Assembly: GCF_006345805.1 (NCBI RefSeq)
Contig: NC_043011.1
Coordinates: 27,726,464-27,790,463, forward strand
Length of the DNA stretch: 64,000 nt
From: Octopus sinensis
Taxonomy: Eukaryota
Direction of reading: 5' to 3'
Numbering within the stretch: the first letter of the stretch is position 1; each line of letters starts with the position of its first letter. A program made the translations under genes and the position numbers. Under the pieces are notes generated by a model that made no database searches, was not told where the DNA came from, and saw nothing but the letters and a program-made list of their open reading frames with translations. Positions 53,367-64,000 of this stretch are shown here, one piece after another.

Positions 53367-53769
53367 AGGTGCAGGAGTGGCTGTGTGGTAAGTAGTTTGC
53401 TTACCAACAACATGGTTCCGGGTTCAGTTCCACTGCGTGGCACCTTGGCCAAGTATCTTCTACTATAGCCTCGGGCCGACCAAAGCCGTCTGGGTGGATT
53501 TGGGAGACAGAAACTGAAAGAAGCCAGTCGTATATATGTATATATATATGTATATGTTTGTGTGTCTGTGTTTGTTCCCCCCCCAAAATCGCTCGACAAC
53601 GGATGGTGGTGTGTTTACGTCCCCGTAACTTAGTGGTTCGGCAAAAGAGACCAATAGAATAAGTACTAGGCTTACCAAGAATAAATCCTGGGGTCGATTT
53701 GCTCGACTAAAGGCGGTGCTCCAGCATGGCCGCAGTCAAATGACTGAAACAAATAAAAGAGTAAAAGAG
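53367..53769 (+). mobile_element. SINE family A copy (with a more decayed partial copy at ~53130-53270)
   Basis: Same head, body and tail as 43807. Confidence 0.9.
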
Positions 53770-54126
53770 CATATATAACAATGACCAACATATGCTTCTA
53801 CTGCAGCGACTGCGTATTGCTCTGTATGCAATGATACATCCTAGTTGATGCAGTTTCATTAAGGATCCTTACGCTGCGATTTTTTCAAAGTGAACTAATT
53901 CAAACAAGCTTCCCGCGTTGGTAATCAGTTGAAGGTGATAGCGTTACTTATTAAATCGAATTTAATTCTGGTCTTATAATTACCTCTACTGGTGCTACAA
54001 TTGAATCGTGGTTTTAAAATGTTTATCAGGATAGTTTTGTTTTAAATGTCGCGGGGACGTTTAGAGTAAAGAATGCACACGAGGTAATGTGATGAATATT
54101 TCAGAAATAGATGTTAAAAATATTAT

Positions 54127-54188
54127 TTTCAACTGATGATCCCACAGAATGCTTTTCATACAGAGGTTGAAATCGATTGATATTGAAA
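54127..54188 (+). ncRNA. Decayed solo hammerhead ribozyme
   Basis: TTTCAA-CTGATGA-[29 nt imperfect stem II]-GAAA-TC gatt GA-TA^-TTGAAA; junctions in exact register, 6-bp stem I. Confidence 0.5.
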
Positions 54189-54495
54189 TATACCTTCCTT
54201 ACTGTGTGACACGCAATGTAAGCCTGCTTCTCTTATGTTCAATACATTGCTCGCGTGTCTCTTAACAGTGAGTTGGTGGTAGTTTTGGAGCGATGGCTCT
54301 AATTATAGCAAGTGGTATTTAAGTACCTTACTGAATGTGTGTGTGTTTGTGTGTGCAGGAGTGTATGTGTGTAACTGTGTGTTTTTTTGCCCCTACCACT
54401 GTTTGCAACTTGATGTTGATTTGTTTACATCCCCGTAACTGACCCGCTTAGCAAGAGAAGCTGATAGAAGAAGTAATAGACTTTTATAAATAAAA

Positions 54496-55359
54496 CAGGG
54501 GCTGGACAAAATAATAGAAACACCTTAAAATTTCAAACAAATTTATTTCAATATCGGGCAGGACCACCTTTGACAGTAATTACAGCTGGAATTCTATGGG
54601 GTATGGACTCAAACAAAGTTTGAATTTTTTGCGAAGGGATTTTTGTCTATTCTTCAGCTAAAACAGTCTCCAATTTTTGTAGTGATGATGGTGGAGGATA
54701 TAGACACTTTACTTGTTTTTTCTACAATGCACCATAAATGTTCAATAATATTGTGATCTTTTTTTGGCTGTCTCCACACGTATACTCGATCGGTGGTCGG
54801 AAATAAAGTAAAGAGGAGTCGTCTTAGAGGTTTTTACTCCAGTCTATACACTTTGCAACGTTTATTTTTGAAAGTAAGGGTTTTCTGACTGCAGCCCTCC
54901 CACGAAATCCGGTGAATAGTTTTTGTAGGAACTGGGTTTTCGAGGTGGTCATTAATCTTTGCAGTAATTTTGAGAGCTGTACTTTTGTGATCCTTTCTAA
55001 CAATCCGCGTAAGGTTCCGACAGTCCCTATCTCAAAGATTTGGTTTTCTCCGGCGTTTTCTTTGTCAAAGGGTGTCATTACTTTCGAGAGAGTACTTCTT
55101 GATACACAAAACATTTCAGCTGTCTTCGTCACGCTAGCCCCAGCCACACGGGCACCAACAATTTAATCACTTTGGAAGTCCGATAGATGTGTCATTTTAA
55201 TGAATTTTAATTACCTTTTTCTGATGATATCTGAACAAAAAAAACAAACAATTTTAGCAAAACATATTAAGCAACACTAATAAATAAGTCAAAATCATAA
55301 AAATAATCAAAATTATGATGCTATGATGCTAGTGTTTCTATTATTTTGTTTAACCCTTG
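54496..55359 (-). mobile_element. Tc1-like DNA transposon, same family as 40067 (internally deleted)
   Basis: TIRs CAGGGGCTGGACAAAATAATAGAAACAC / GTGTTTCTATTATTTTGTTTAACCCTTG; ORF GASVTKTAEMFCVSRSTLSKV..RKPLLSKINV. Confidence 0.88.
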
Positions 55360-56174
55360 TAAGTACTGGGGTATATTTGTTTGACAAAAACCCCGAGGCC
55401 AGTGTTTAAGCTTGACTGCATTCCCCTGACTGAAAGAAGTAAAAGATAAAGCCAGAAATGAAAACGTAGGCAATAATAGAAAATATCTTAATGGAAGCAA
55501 GAGAAAATATAAAATATTGCATAACTGAACACTAAAATATGTAACAAATATGAATATATAAAAATATATAAAACAAGTTATGAAAGTAAAGCAAATTGAC
55601 GTTGTAACTTGGAAGCACAATATTATTTCATTTCACAATATAATTAAAAGTAATTCATTCACTCTGACGACCACCAAGAAAGATGTTGAAGTAAAGATGG
55701 TGTCACAAATAATGTCGTTATATTTCGAGGGATACTGCAAAAATCCATCAAATGATAATATACAGTGTACGGGTTAAGTTATCAGTGACAAACGGATAAG
55801 TAGAATTTATCACACGTCAATTATTATTTTTGATAAATTTGTCTGTACTTCAAATGAGATAATCGTTTCTTCATGTAATAATATCTAAGGATGAAGGGTC
55901 ACCGGGAAACGGTTTTAACCTGTCATCACGCTTACTTTCGAAATACTTTTACTTCTGTTGTGTGTTCTAAAGCCCATGGTTTCGCGTCGGAGGAATTAAG
56001 TACCTTCCTTTTTCTTCTTTAATCACTAGCTTTGCTCTTACTTCTTCTCGAAGAAAAAAAAAACGCTGTGTGTGACCCTTCAAAAACCTTGCACAAATCA
56101 TAATAACGACTACAATAATAATAATAATAATAAGAAGAAGAATTCTTCGAATACAGACATAGGGCTAGAAACTT

Positions 56175-56227
<53 letters not shown>

Positions 56228-58291
56228 ATTCGATTAGATCAACCTTAGTGCTCAACAGGTACGTAATTTATCGATTCCACGGCATGAAGGGCAAAGTCAG
56301 CCTAGGTGGCATTTGAACTCAGAACGTAATAGTAATATTAATAATAATCGCTAGTAGTAGTAAACACATTTGGCCTCTGCTGACTCCAAGTGTGTGAGGC
56401 AGCTTTTTTCTCCTTATCGCACAGGAATTCCCTTTGCTGATCTCTTCACCATCTGGTCTATTTACCATCAGGTCTATTTACAGACCTGTGGAATTTAATC
56501 GCTTCACCAACCCCGCTTCGCTTGCTCCCACCATTCCCCTAAACACTCACATGTTTATGATTATCTCAAGTACAAGACAAAAGTCGAAACTAAGCAACAT
56601 TTTAATAACAAAGATGGTAATAATGATATTAACAATAATTTAGCCAAAACTCATGTAGGATCAGAGGAAATATTAACAATGACAAATAGTAGTAAAAAAT
56701 GAAAATAATAATAATAATAATAATGATTATGATGATGAAATGAAGTGGCTGGAATCACCCTATACTCTGATTGCTGATACAGCTATTGATGGTGCGCAAT
56801 GAAAAACATTGTTAATTGTGCAACCTGATAATCGCTACCTCCTATGAGTGACAGTGAAAGAACAAAATATTGTGAATAACAATGGTAATGCAACTGAAGC
56901 CCTTCATGGTGAAAGTGTCAAACCCAGCAGGCTTAGAGATACTGGTCCGACTCCAGTCTGTCCTTATCCAGCAAGGGACCAGCAATGGAATGTTACTACC
57001 TGAGCCACCCGTATAGACGAAGATGGTGTTCATCTTAAGAGAATCCGACAATGAATATATGATCAATGGAGAAAAAGAGGATTGTTTCAACTCACGGAAT
57101 AGAGATTATGCGATCAAGCTATAACAGTTAGAAAAATTTGTTGGTTCACAGAAGTAGAGATCGAAGTTATGGAAAGATGGCTGTTGGAAAACAACAGCAG
57201 AGGAAATTATGAAAATACAGTAATCCCACAGCAGAAAACAGAGGTGAGATGTCTAATAAACAACAGGAAAGGAACAATGATAGCTTGCTCGATGAGGTAC
57301 ATGAAGATGGTTTGGAAGTTGACAATAAAACTAATGATGACGGGATAGATGGGCTAAATGCAATCTACAACATAATTCAGGCAATGCTACAGGAGAACGA
57401 TAGCGACATTATTTGCAACCTTTAAAAGGTGGAAATTGAACGAAGGAAGTTAAAACGTGAACGAAATTGTGAAATACATCAGAACAAAAATATCACAGAA
57501 ACAAATACTTTGATCAAGTTAAGTATTCTTAAGTGAGTATTGTTGTAGCAGAAAATGTAGGCGTTGGTGTCAAGAGAAAGAAATGTAATGGGAGTCACAA
57601 AAGAAAAGAGCCATGGTAGAAAAGAAGAATACAGGCGGGGAAAGATGTGCCCTCGAAGGGCATTTCTGTGTTAGACCGAAAAGAAAGGGGGTGGAGGCTT
57701 AGAGGTGAATGAAATAGGAATGAACAGGAAGTATAATATGGAAAGATAGGGCTCGAAAGTGATAATGGAGGACCTTAAACAGCGCTTCGTTGCACAGGAG
57801 GCAAAGATGGTAAGATACGACCAAAGAATGAAGGGATACCAGTAGAATAGGTTATTCGGGGTAGATCAGAGGAGACTCTACAAAGGAATAGATGAAAAGC
57901 GTACAGATGAAAAGTTGATACCAGATAATATTGAAAGTCAAAGGTTTTAGAGTGACATCTGGAGGAAAGACAAGGAGAACAAGAAGGATGCTGAATGGTT
58001 GCAAGAACTGAAACAAACAGTAGTCTGTCCAAAACAGGCAGAACCAGTCATTTCAGTAAGGGAAGTGAAGGAAATCAACAAAAAAATAGGCAACTGGGAG
58101 GCCCTGGGACCAGATGGAGTTCAAGGCTACTGGATCAAAAGATTGGTGAATGTCATGCACGAATAGATGCGCAACTCAACACCTTGTTAAATACTGAACA
58201 AGTAACACCAGAGTGGTTGATAATAGGTAGGGCAGTGCTGTGCTTGAAAAGCATCGAAAAAGGCAACACGTAGACAATTAAAGGCCGATAT

Positions 58292-59211
58292 CCTGTGCTT
58301 CTCATCTGGCGACATGCGCGTTGCCCCGCCTCTTGATTTTGATAGCTTCTCTTAATTTCCTCAAAAGTGAAGCATAATAGGCTCCTGTAATTGTGGCACC
58401 CTTTGCCAGGAAATCTGTCATCAGTACTCCGTCCTGGTCCCAGAAGACTGTAGGCATGACCTTGCCAGCAGAGGGCTGCACCCTTGCCTTCTTTGGAGGA
58501 GGTGAGTCACGGTGTGTCCACTGCATTGACTGGGCTTTGGTCTCTGGATCATCGTGATGGACCCAGGTTTCATCCTGTGTAATCAGTCTTTTGAAAATTT
58601 TTGACTCATCTTCTTGGCACATCTCCAAATTCATCCTCGAGCAATCGACACGTTCTTGCTTCTGGAAAGATGTGAGCAACCTGGGAATCCATCTGGCAGA
58701 CACCTTTTGCATATGCAAATGGTCATGAATGATAGTTTCTACAGACCCGGTACTAATCTTGACCTCATGGGCTATTTGGCGAATAGTTATGCGTTGATCT
58801 TCCAAAATGGCAGCCTCAACATGACGGACAGATGCCTCATCAATGGCAGAAGGGGGGCGACCAGATCTGGGAGCTGTTTCCACAAAGTTCCGACCATGTT
58901 TGAATTCACGATGCCAGCGTTTTACAAGGTCATATGATGGGGCATCATCACCATAAGTTACTTTCATTTCATCAAAAGTCTCCCGTGGTGTGCGTCCTTT
59001 CAAATACAAAAACCCGATCACTGCTCGACATTCAACAGGCTCCATTTCACACTTGACTCAGTTCAAACACCTGTAAATCAGAAACCACAATTATTTCAGA
59101 GCTGTAATTTGCCACTTAATCTATGAATATATAAATTGTACATGCAAAATTTCAGCTAGATCAAATAACTGCAAGTGGGTCAGGAGCATTACTTATTGAA
59201 CGCCCCTCGTA
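58292..59211 (-). mobile_element. Mariner element with one TIR, 3'-truncated
   Basis: TIR TACGAGGGGCGTTCAATAAGTAATGCTCC at 59211; the other end is lost. Confidence 0.92.
58302..59045 (-). pseudogene. Mariner transposase (HTH, WIPRLL and first two catalytic-region motifs; third Asp missing)
   Basis: 247-aa ORF with RSGRP, WIPRLL, ITQDETW, KVMPTVFWD; the DNAP motif is deleted and the ORF stops before YSPDLAP. Confidence 0.92.
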
Positions 59212-60106
59212 TGTGGAAGTTATTGACTGAAATACTCGCAGAGTCAATGTACGGATATCTGGAAAAAAGTGTAGTTCTGCCACATAAGCAGAAATGTTGC
59301 AAGCGTAAGTGCTGAGTTACCAAGGATCAAAACCTGGTAGAAAAAATGTACTTAGAAATTTGAAAAGGAGGAAAGCTAACTTAGCTATGTCATGGATCGA
59401 TTATCGTAAGGCATACGATATGATCCCACATTCTTGGTTTATGGAATGTATGAACCTATTTGATACTGCATCGAATGTTGAACGATTGCTTGCAAAAAAG
59501 TATGGCGAAGTGGAGGATGGAACTGACGGCATATGGAAGAAATTTAGGGACAATAGAAATCAGGAGAGGCATCTTCCAACGGGACTAACTGTCCCAACTG
59601 ATCTTTGTACTGTGCATGATACCACTAACACTGATTCTGAGGAAAGCAATAGCTGGGTATGTATTCAAAAGCCGCAAACAAAAAGTCAACCGCTTGTTAT
59701 TCATGGATGAATATGGTAAAGATGAATCCCAAGTCAGTTCCCTCGTACTTTCAGTGCCGATATCAGAATGGAGTTCGGACTGAAAAAGTGTGGTGTGTTA
59801 GTCTTGAAGAGAGGCAAAATTAAATGTATGGACGGTCTAGCGATACCGTCGAGGAAGGTTATGAAGCAGATTGAAGAGACGGGCCATAAGTACTTGGGAA
59901 TGTGGATAAATTGATGGAGAAAGCGATGACAGAAAACTTTAAAGTGGAGTACTTGCGCAGACTGAAACTGATCCTTAAGTCGAAATTACATGGGCGAAAT
60001 AAGATTGAAGCTATCAAAACCTGGGCGATTTCACTCCTTAGATATGGAGTAGGGGTAACCACACGGACATTAGACGAACTGAACAAATACAAAGTAAAAG
60101 TCAAAC

Positions 60107-60165
<59 letters not shown>

Positions 60166-60187
60166 GTAATAATAATAATAATAATAA

Positions 60188-60218
<31 letters not shown>

Positions 60219-60258
60219 AACAACAACAACAACAACAACAACAAGAGGAAAAGAATTG

Positions 60259-60590
60259 CCAGGCTATTGGTCTCATGACTATTCATCTTAACTGTTTGGA
60301 AGTGTTATGTACACGTTTTGTCTTGGTATAGAAGTTGGGCTACAGCAAATATGCTCAATGCTACAGATTTGCTTGTCAGTTATTTGGCTTTAACCAGCAT
60401 GCACCTTCTTGGTTGATGATATGGGCATCTCTGATCACGAGCAGAAGTAGCGGGAGAACATCATAGCCATGTGTTGAGAGGAATTGTTTGGTGTTTGAAT
60501 AATTCATCTCTGGAAACATTGGTATTTCGTTAATCATTCTTCAACAAAGGTTAATCAGTGACCTTTTCAAGACGATTGGCTTCTTGAGAA
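60259..60590 (+). mobile_element. Diverged third copy of the (AAT)n-associated repeat
   Basis: Shares blocks such as GCATCTCTGATCACGAGCAGAAGTAG and TAGCCATGTGTTGAGAGG with 8148-8703. Confidence 0.75.
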
Positions 60591-60599
60591 CGAGCAGTA

Positions 60600-60925
60600 C
60601 AAAACTTCATGGGATTTGTTATTGTACAGACCACTCACGAAATTACCTGTGACCAGATTGCATCATCATAGATTTGGCTGTATCTACGGATATGAATGTG
60701 GTGGTGAACAGGAGAAAATAGGAAACTATCAGGATACAGCAAGAGTAATAAAGTGACTGTAGAGGGTTCTATAAAAATATTCCCAGTTGTTAGAGATGCC
60801 TCAGGTATTATCATTATCTCAGACTTAACAGTTCTCTTACTGAGATTGGTGTAACTGCCAAAGTTGCATTAATTCAGAGATCTGCTCTATTGGGAACAAC
60901 AAAGATGGTAAGAAAATCATCGATA
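60600..60925 (+). mobile_element. RLE endonuclease fragment of R4/Dong-like LINE
   Basis: Decayed WD..I.TD, IIDLAVSTDMNVV..EQEKIGNYQD, LIQRSALLGTTKMVRK. Confidence 0.65.
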
Positions 60926-61551
60926 TCAAAGGAAACCGATTGTGACCCGGCAACAATGACATTGATTCTGAATGTAAAACATTCGAGTACACCAAGAATA
61001 ATGATATTAGTGTTTTCTTTATTCGTTACTCAGGGTTCACACAAAGCATTTGGGACGGTACAGGACAAATAATGCGGGGGTTATATAAATTGAAGAGTGT
61101 GAACATTAAAAAAACAACGCTATCAATATAAATTTTAACAACGAAAAATTACTCAAAAGCAGGAAACTTCCTGTGGCTCATTGTGGAAACACCACAAAAC
61201 CACAATGGCACTGAACACTGAGGCAAGAGCCCTCTCCACATCAACCTCCTTCAGTCTATAGGCACATGTTTAACTTGGATCATTCTTGACGCATTCAGCC
61301 ACATTTTAATAAACTTACTGGGAAACAGCACATCCCCTTTCTACTCTTGCCTTCGTTTACAAGTGAAACTTGAAAATGTTGATAAGGCCTTGGCCATAAG
61401 TATTTGTCTTCCACTCTTCCAAAGTATTTGTCTTCCACTCTAAACAGACGAAATGTAGCTAAGCATTTTTAGCTGGTGTGCTAAAGATTCTACAAGCACA
61501 CTGCCTTATCGACAACAATATTAATAATAATAATAATCGTATCATCTACAG

Positions 61552-61906
61552 CAGGGATTCTCAACCATTTTTTGTCGATGGATCCCTTTGATAACTATTT
61601 TATTCTGGCCATTCAGGTGTTTAAAATCTGACCATTCTAGCCATTCGATGTTTAAAACTTGTTTTACAGAAACGTCTTTCAAAATTCCTATTTCGTTTTT
61701 CACACATTAAGTTGTGTAGGTTGAACTATGTAAAATGCTTGTTGTTTCTTGCAATACACACCAGTATATACATTTAAACAAAAAATTTTTTCAGGGGCCC
61801 TTAAAATATTATTGTGGATCCCCAATTTACTATTTTGTTACGTGGACCCTCAAAATCTTATAAGGACCTTCATGGACCATATAGACCCCCAGTTTGAGAA
61901 CCACTA
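61552..61906. mobile_element. hAT-type MITE with 8-bp TSD
   Basis: TIRs CAGGGATTCTCAA / TTGAGAACCACTA; ATCTACAG duplicated at 61544-51 and 61907-14. Confidence 0.85.
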
Positions 61907-63082
61907 ATCTACAGGCATAAGACTTGAAATTTCGTCGGAGGGTGTTGTAGATTACATTGACCACAATTCTTAGCTAGAGATTACTTTATCGACTCCAAAA
62001 GAGTGAAAGGCAAAGTTCACCTCAGTGGGATTTCAAATTAGAACGTAAATGAAGCAAAAAAATACAACGTGGAAGTCTTTCTAACACACTTACGACTCAG
62101 CAATTCTCTACTTTGCGAAACTTGAAGCGTTAAATTATTCTGTTTACATTTGAGAGTAAAACAACTAATTCCAGCGACTTAGTCATATAATACAATGCAG
62201 CAGCGCAGTTCATTGTTGTATTAATGACTATTGACGCCTCGTTTGAAATTACTGACCAGCAATGATATTATTTTCTGCCCAATACTGTTATTTTTTAAAT
62301 AGTTTTGGAGTGTTCACAAAATAGCCAATATATGTAGATTCAAACTAATAGTATTTTTATTAGTAAATAATCTCCTGAATGTGTTGGCTTTTTAAGATGT
62401 TAGATTAATCGAGAAATGCTGATTGTATTTTTTAGCGTTTCTAAAACTAGAAAATAACGTTTCTTTTGGAAGCACCTAACAGAATTATAAGATTTAGTAT
62501 ATTTTCTATCAGCTTCAGAGAAAGCAAATTCTTTTCAAAGGGATATATAAAGTTAATGAATAATTTTGGTCAGTTAACAGTACGTATTTATATGCAATTT
62601 TCTGTATATATAAGTACATAGTATATTTCCATTCGTCAGTTTTATACATTTTGTTTTACATTTGGCTAATGTAGATCTATTTATACCATGCCTGAAACAC
62701 AGACATTAATTTACTTCGATTATATATCGAATTGATCGACAGTAATTTCGAGCTGAATTACAGCGTCAAATATCGAAATAACAACATAAATTGACAATGT
62801 AAAACAAAGGTGACTGTAATTTGATATATCTTAAAAGCTAAGAGGATCGTTGTTAAGTATTGATTTCTCTTGAATAATCTTACTGCATCGGATATTTAGG
62901 TGACTGGAATGCGATATTTTTACGTTCTAAGTTTCTGCAAAACTTTTAACTTAGAATAGAAAGCAGATAACTCATTCTTGACTAGCTTTAAATGAATTAT
63001 AATCGAAAATTAAAAGATAACTAGATATATTAGAGTTAATGGATATTTCAATGTGATCATCCATTGTTTTAATGATCATATA

Positions 63083-63581
63083 CTCTTTACTCTTTTACTT
63101 GTTTCAGTCAGTTGACTGCAGCCATGTTGGAGCACCACCTTTAGTCGAGCAAATCGACCCCAGGACTTATTCTTTGTAAGCCTAGTACTTATTCTATCGG
63201 TCTCTTTTGCCGAACAGCTAAGTTATGGGGACGTAAACACACCAGCATCGGTTGTCAAGCGATGTTGGGGAGACAAACACAGACACACAAACATGCACAC
63301 ATACATACATACATACATACATACATACATACATACATACATACATACATACATACACACACATACACACACACACACGCGCACACACACACACATATAT
63401 ATATATACATATATATACAACGGGCTTATTTCAGTTTCCATCTACGAAATCCCCTCGCAAGGCTTTGGTCGGCCCGAGGCTATAGTAGAAGACACTTGGC
63501 CAAGATGCCACGCAGTGGGACTGAATCCAGAACCATGTGGTTGGTAAGCAAGCTACTTACCACACAGCCACTCTTGCGCCT
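63083..63581 (-). mobile_element. SINE family A copy with expanded internal (TATG)/(TG) tract
   Basis: Reverse complement matches the 43807 and 53367 copies. Confidence 0.9.
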
Positions 63582-64000
63582 ATATATATTCATATAACTT
63601 CTCAAACTGGGAAAGTACATTTTGAATGAAAGCTGTAGTAACTAGTTTGAAGCCAATATATTGTAGGTACATACGATATGGAACTTTTACTAATGAAAGG
63701 CCAAATCCTCCTCACTGGAAATTCTACATCAATGGGCAGGAGGGAATACTGTAGATATTAGTTCATCCACTCATTGTTGCTGCGCTTACACTTTCTTCAG
63801 TGTAGACGATATATTAATCATACTTAATTAAGCAATTGTTTAATGGTTTTATATGAGATGATAAATAGATGATCAATCATCTTCATTATTTTATATAGGA
63901 TTCTATCAGGATTTAACTATACAAGCAAAAATATATAAAAATAAATGAACATTTCCCAACGCGGCATGTCTGATAGATTATACACTAGGGATTTGTAATA

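Larger units (their letters stand above)
56850..60108 (+). mobile_element. Degenerate R4/Dong-like RLE non-LTR retrotransposon, interrupted by a mariner
   Basis: Ordered motifs MECYYLS..RLCDQA, GPDGVQGYWIK, PEWL..GRAVL, RPISC, NLAMSWIDYRKAYDMIPHSW, GIFQ, LLFMD, FGLKKC, YKYLG, EYLRRLKLILKSKLHGRNKIEAIKTWA; truncated at (AAT)n. Confidence 0.88.

Noticed and set aside
56365-56450. Possible HDV-like ribozyme at the 5' end of the R4/Dong-like element
   Set aside because: GCCTC/GAGGC could be P1, but the J1/4 GG, L3 consensus and P2 3' strand are not satisfied.
62610-62645. Minus-strand CTGACGA-ATG-GAAA motif
   Set aside because: No stem II pair and a mismatched stem I; plausible by chance in AT-rich DNA.

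Overview
AT-rich, microsatellite-laden eukaryotic DNA with no intact protein-coding gene. The repeat vocabulary looks like an octopus (coleoid cephalopod) genome; this is an inference from recalled SINE/LINE families, not a database hit. Most ORFs in the track are translations of (TA)n/(CA)n/(AAT)n repeats. The recognisable content is transposable-element debris: Penelope-like elements (PLEs; RT and GIY-YIG fragments of two lineages), an R4/Dong-like RLE LINE interrupted by a mariner, RTE and Tx1/L1 LINE remnants, several tRNA-headed SINE families, Tc1/mariner copies, a hAT MITE and a Merlin fragment. The standout signal, found by manual folding, is about 15 type I hammerhead ribozyme (HHR) motifs in about 10 unrelated sequence contexts, most tied to (TA)n tracts, PLE 3' regions, fold-backs or tandem arrays. 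The centrepiece (46.9-50.2 kb) is two head-to-head, non-coding tandem arrays with 545-bp and 477-bp units. Each unit carries one HHR, and each array starts with an inverted arm whose inner end falls in or at the ribozyme. This resembles non-autonomous, PLE-mobilised retrozyme-like RNAs, and includes non-canonical cores (U4C, a U10.1-U11.1 mismatch, and elsewhere the compensatory U3-A8 pair). PLE-associated HHRs and metazoan retrozymes are known classes; these families, variants and this architecture may not be described. All alignments and folds were done by eye, element ends are approximate, and some duplications could be long-read assembly artefacts.
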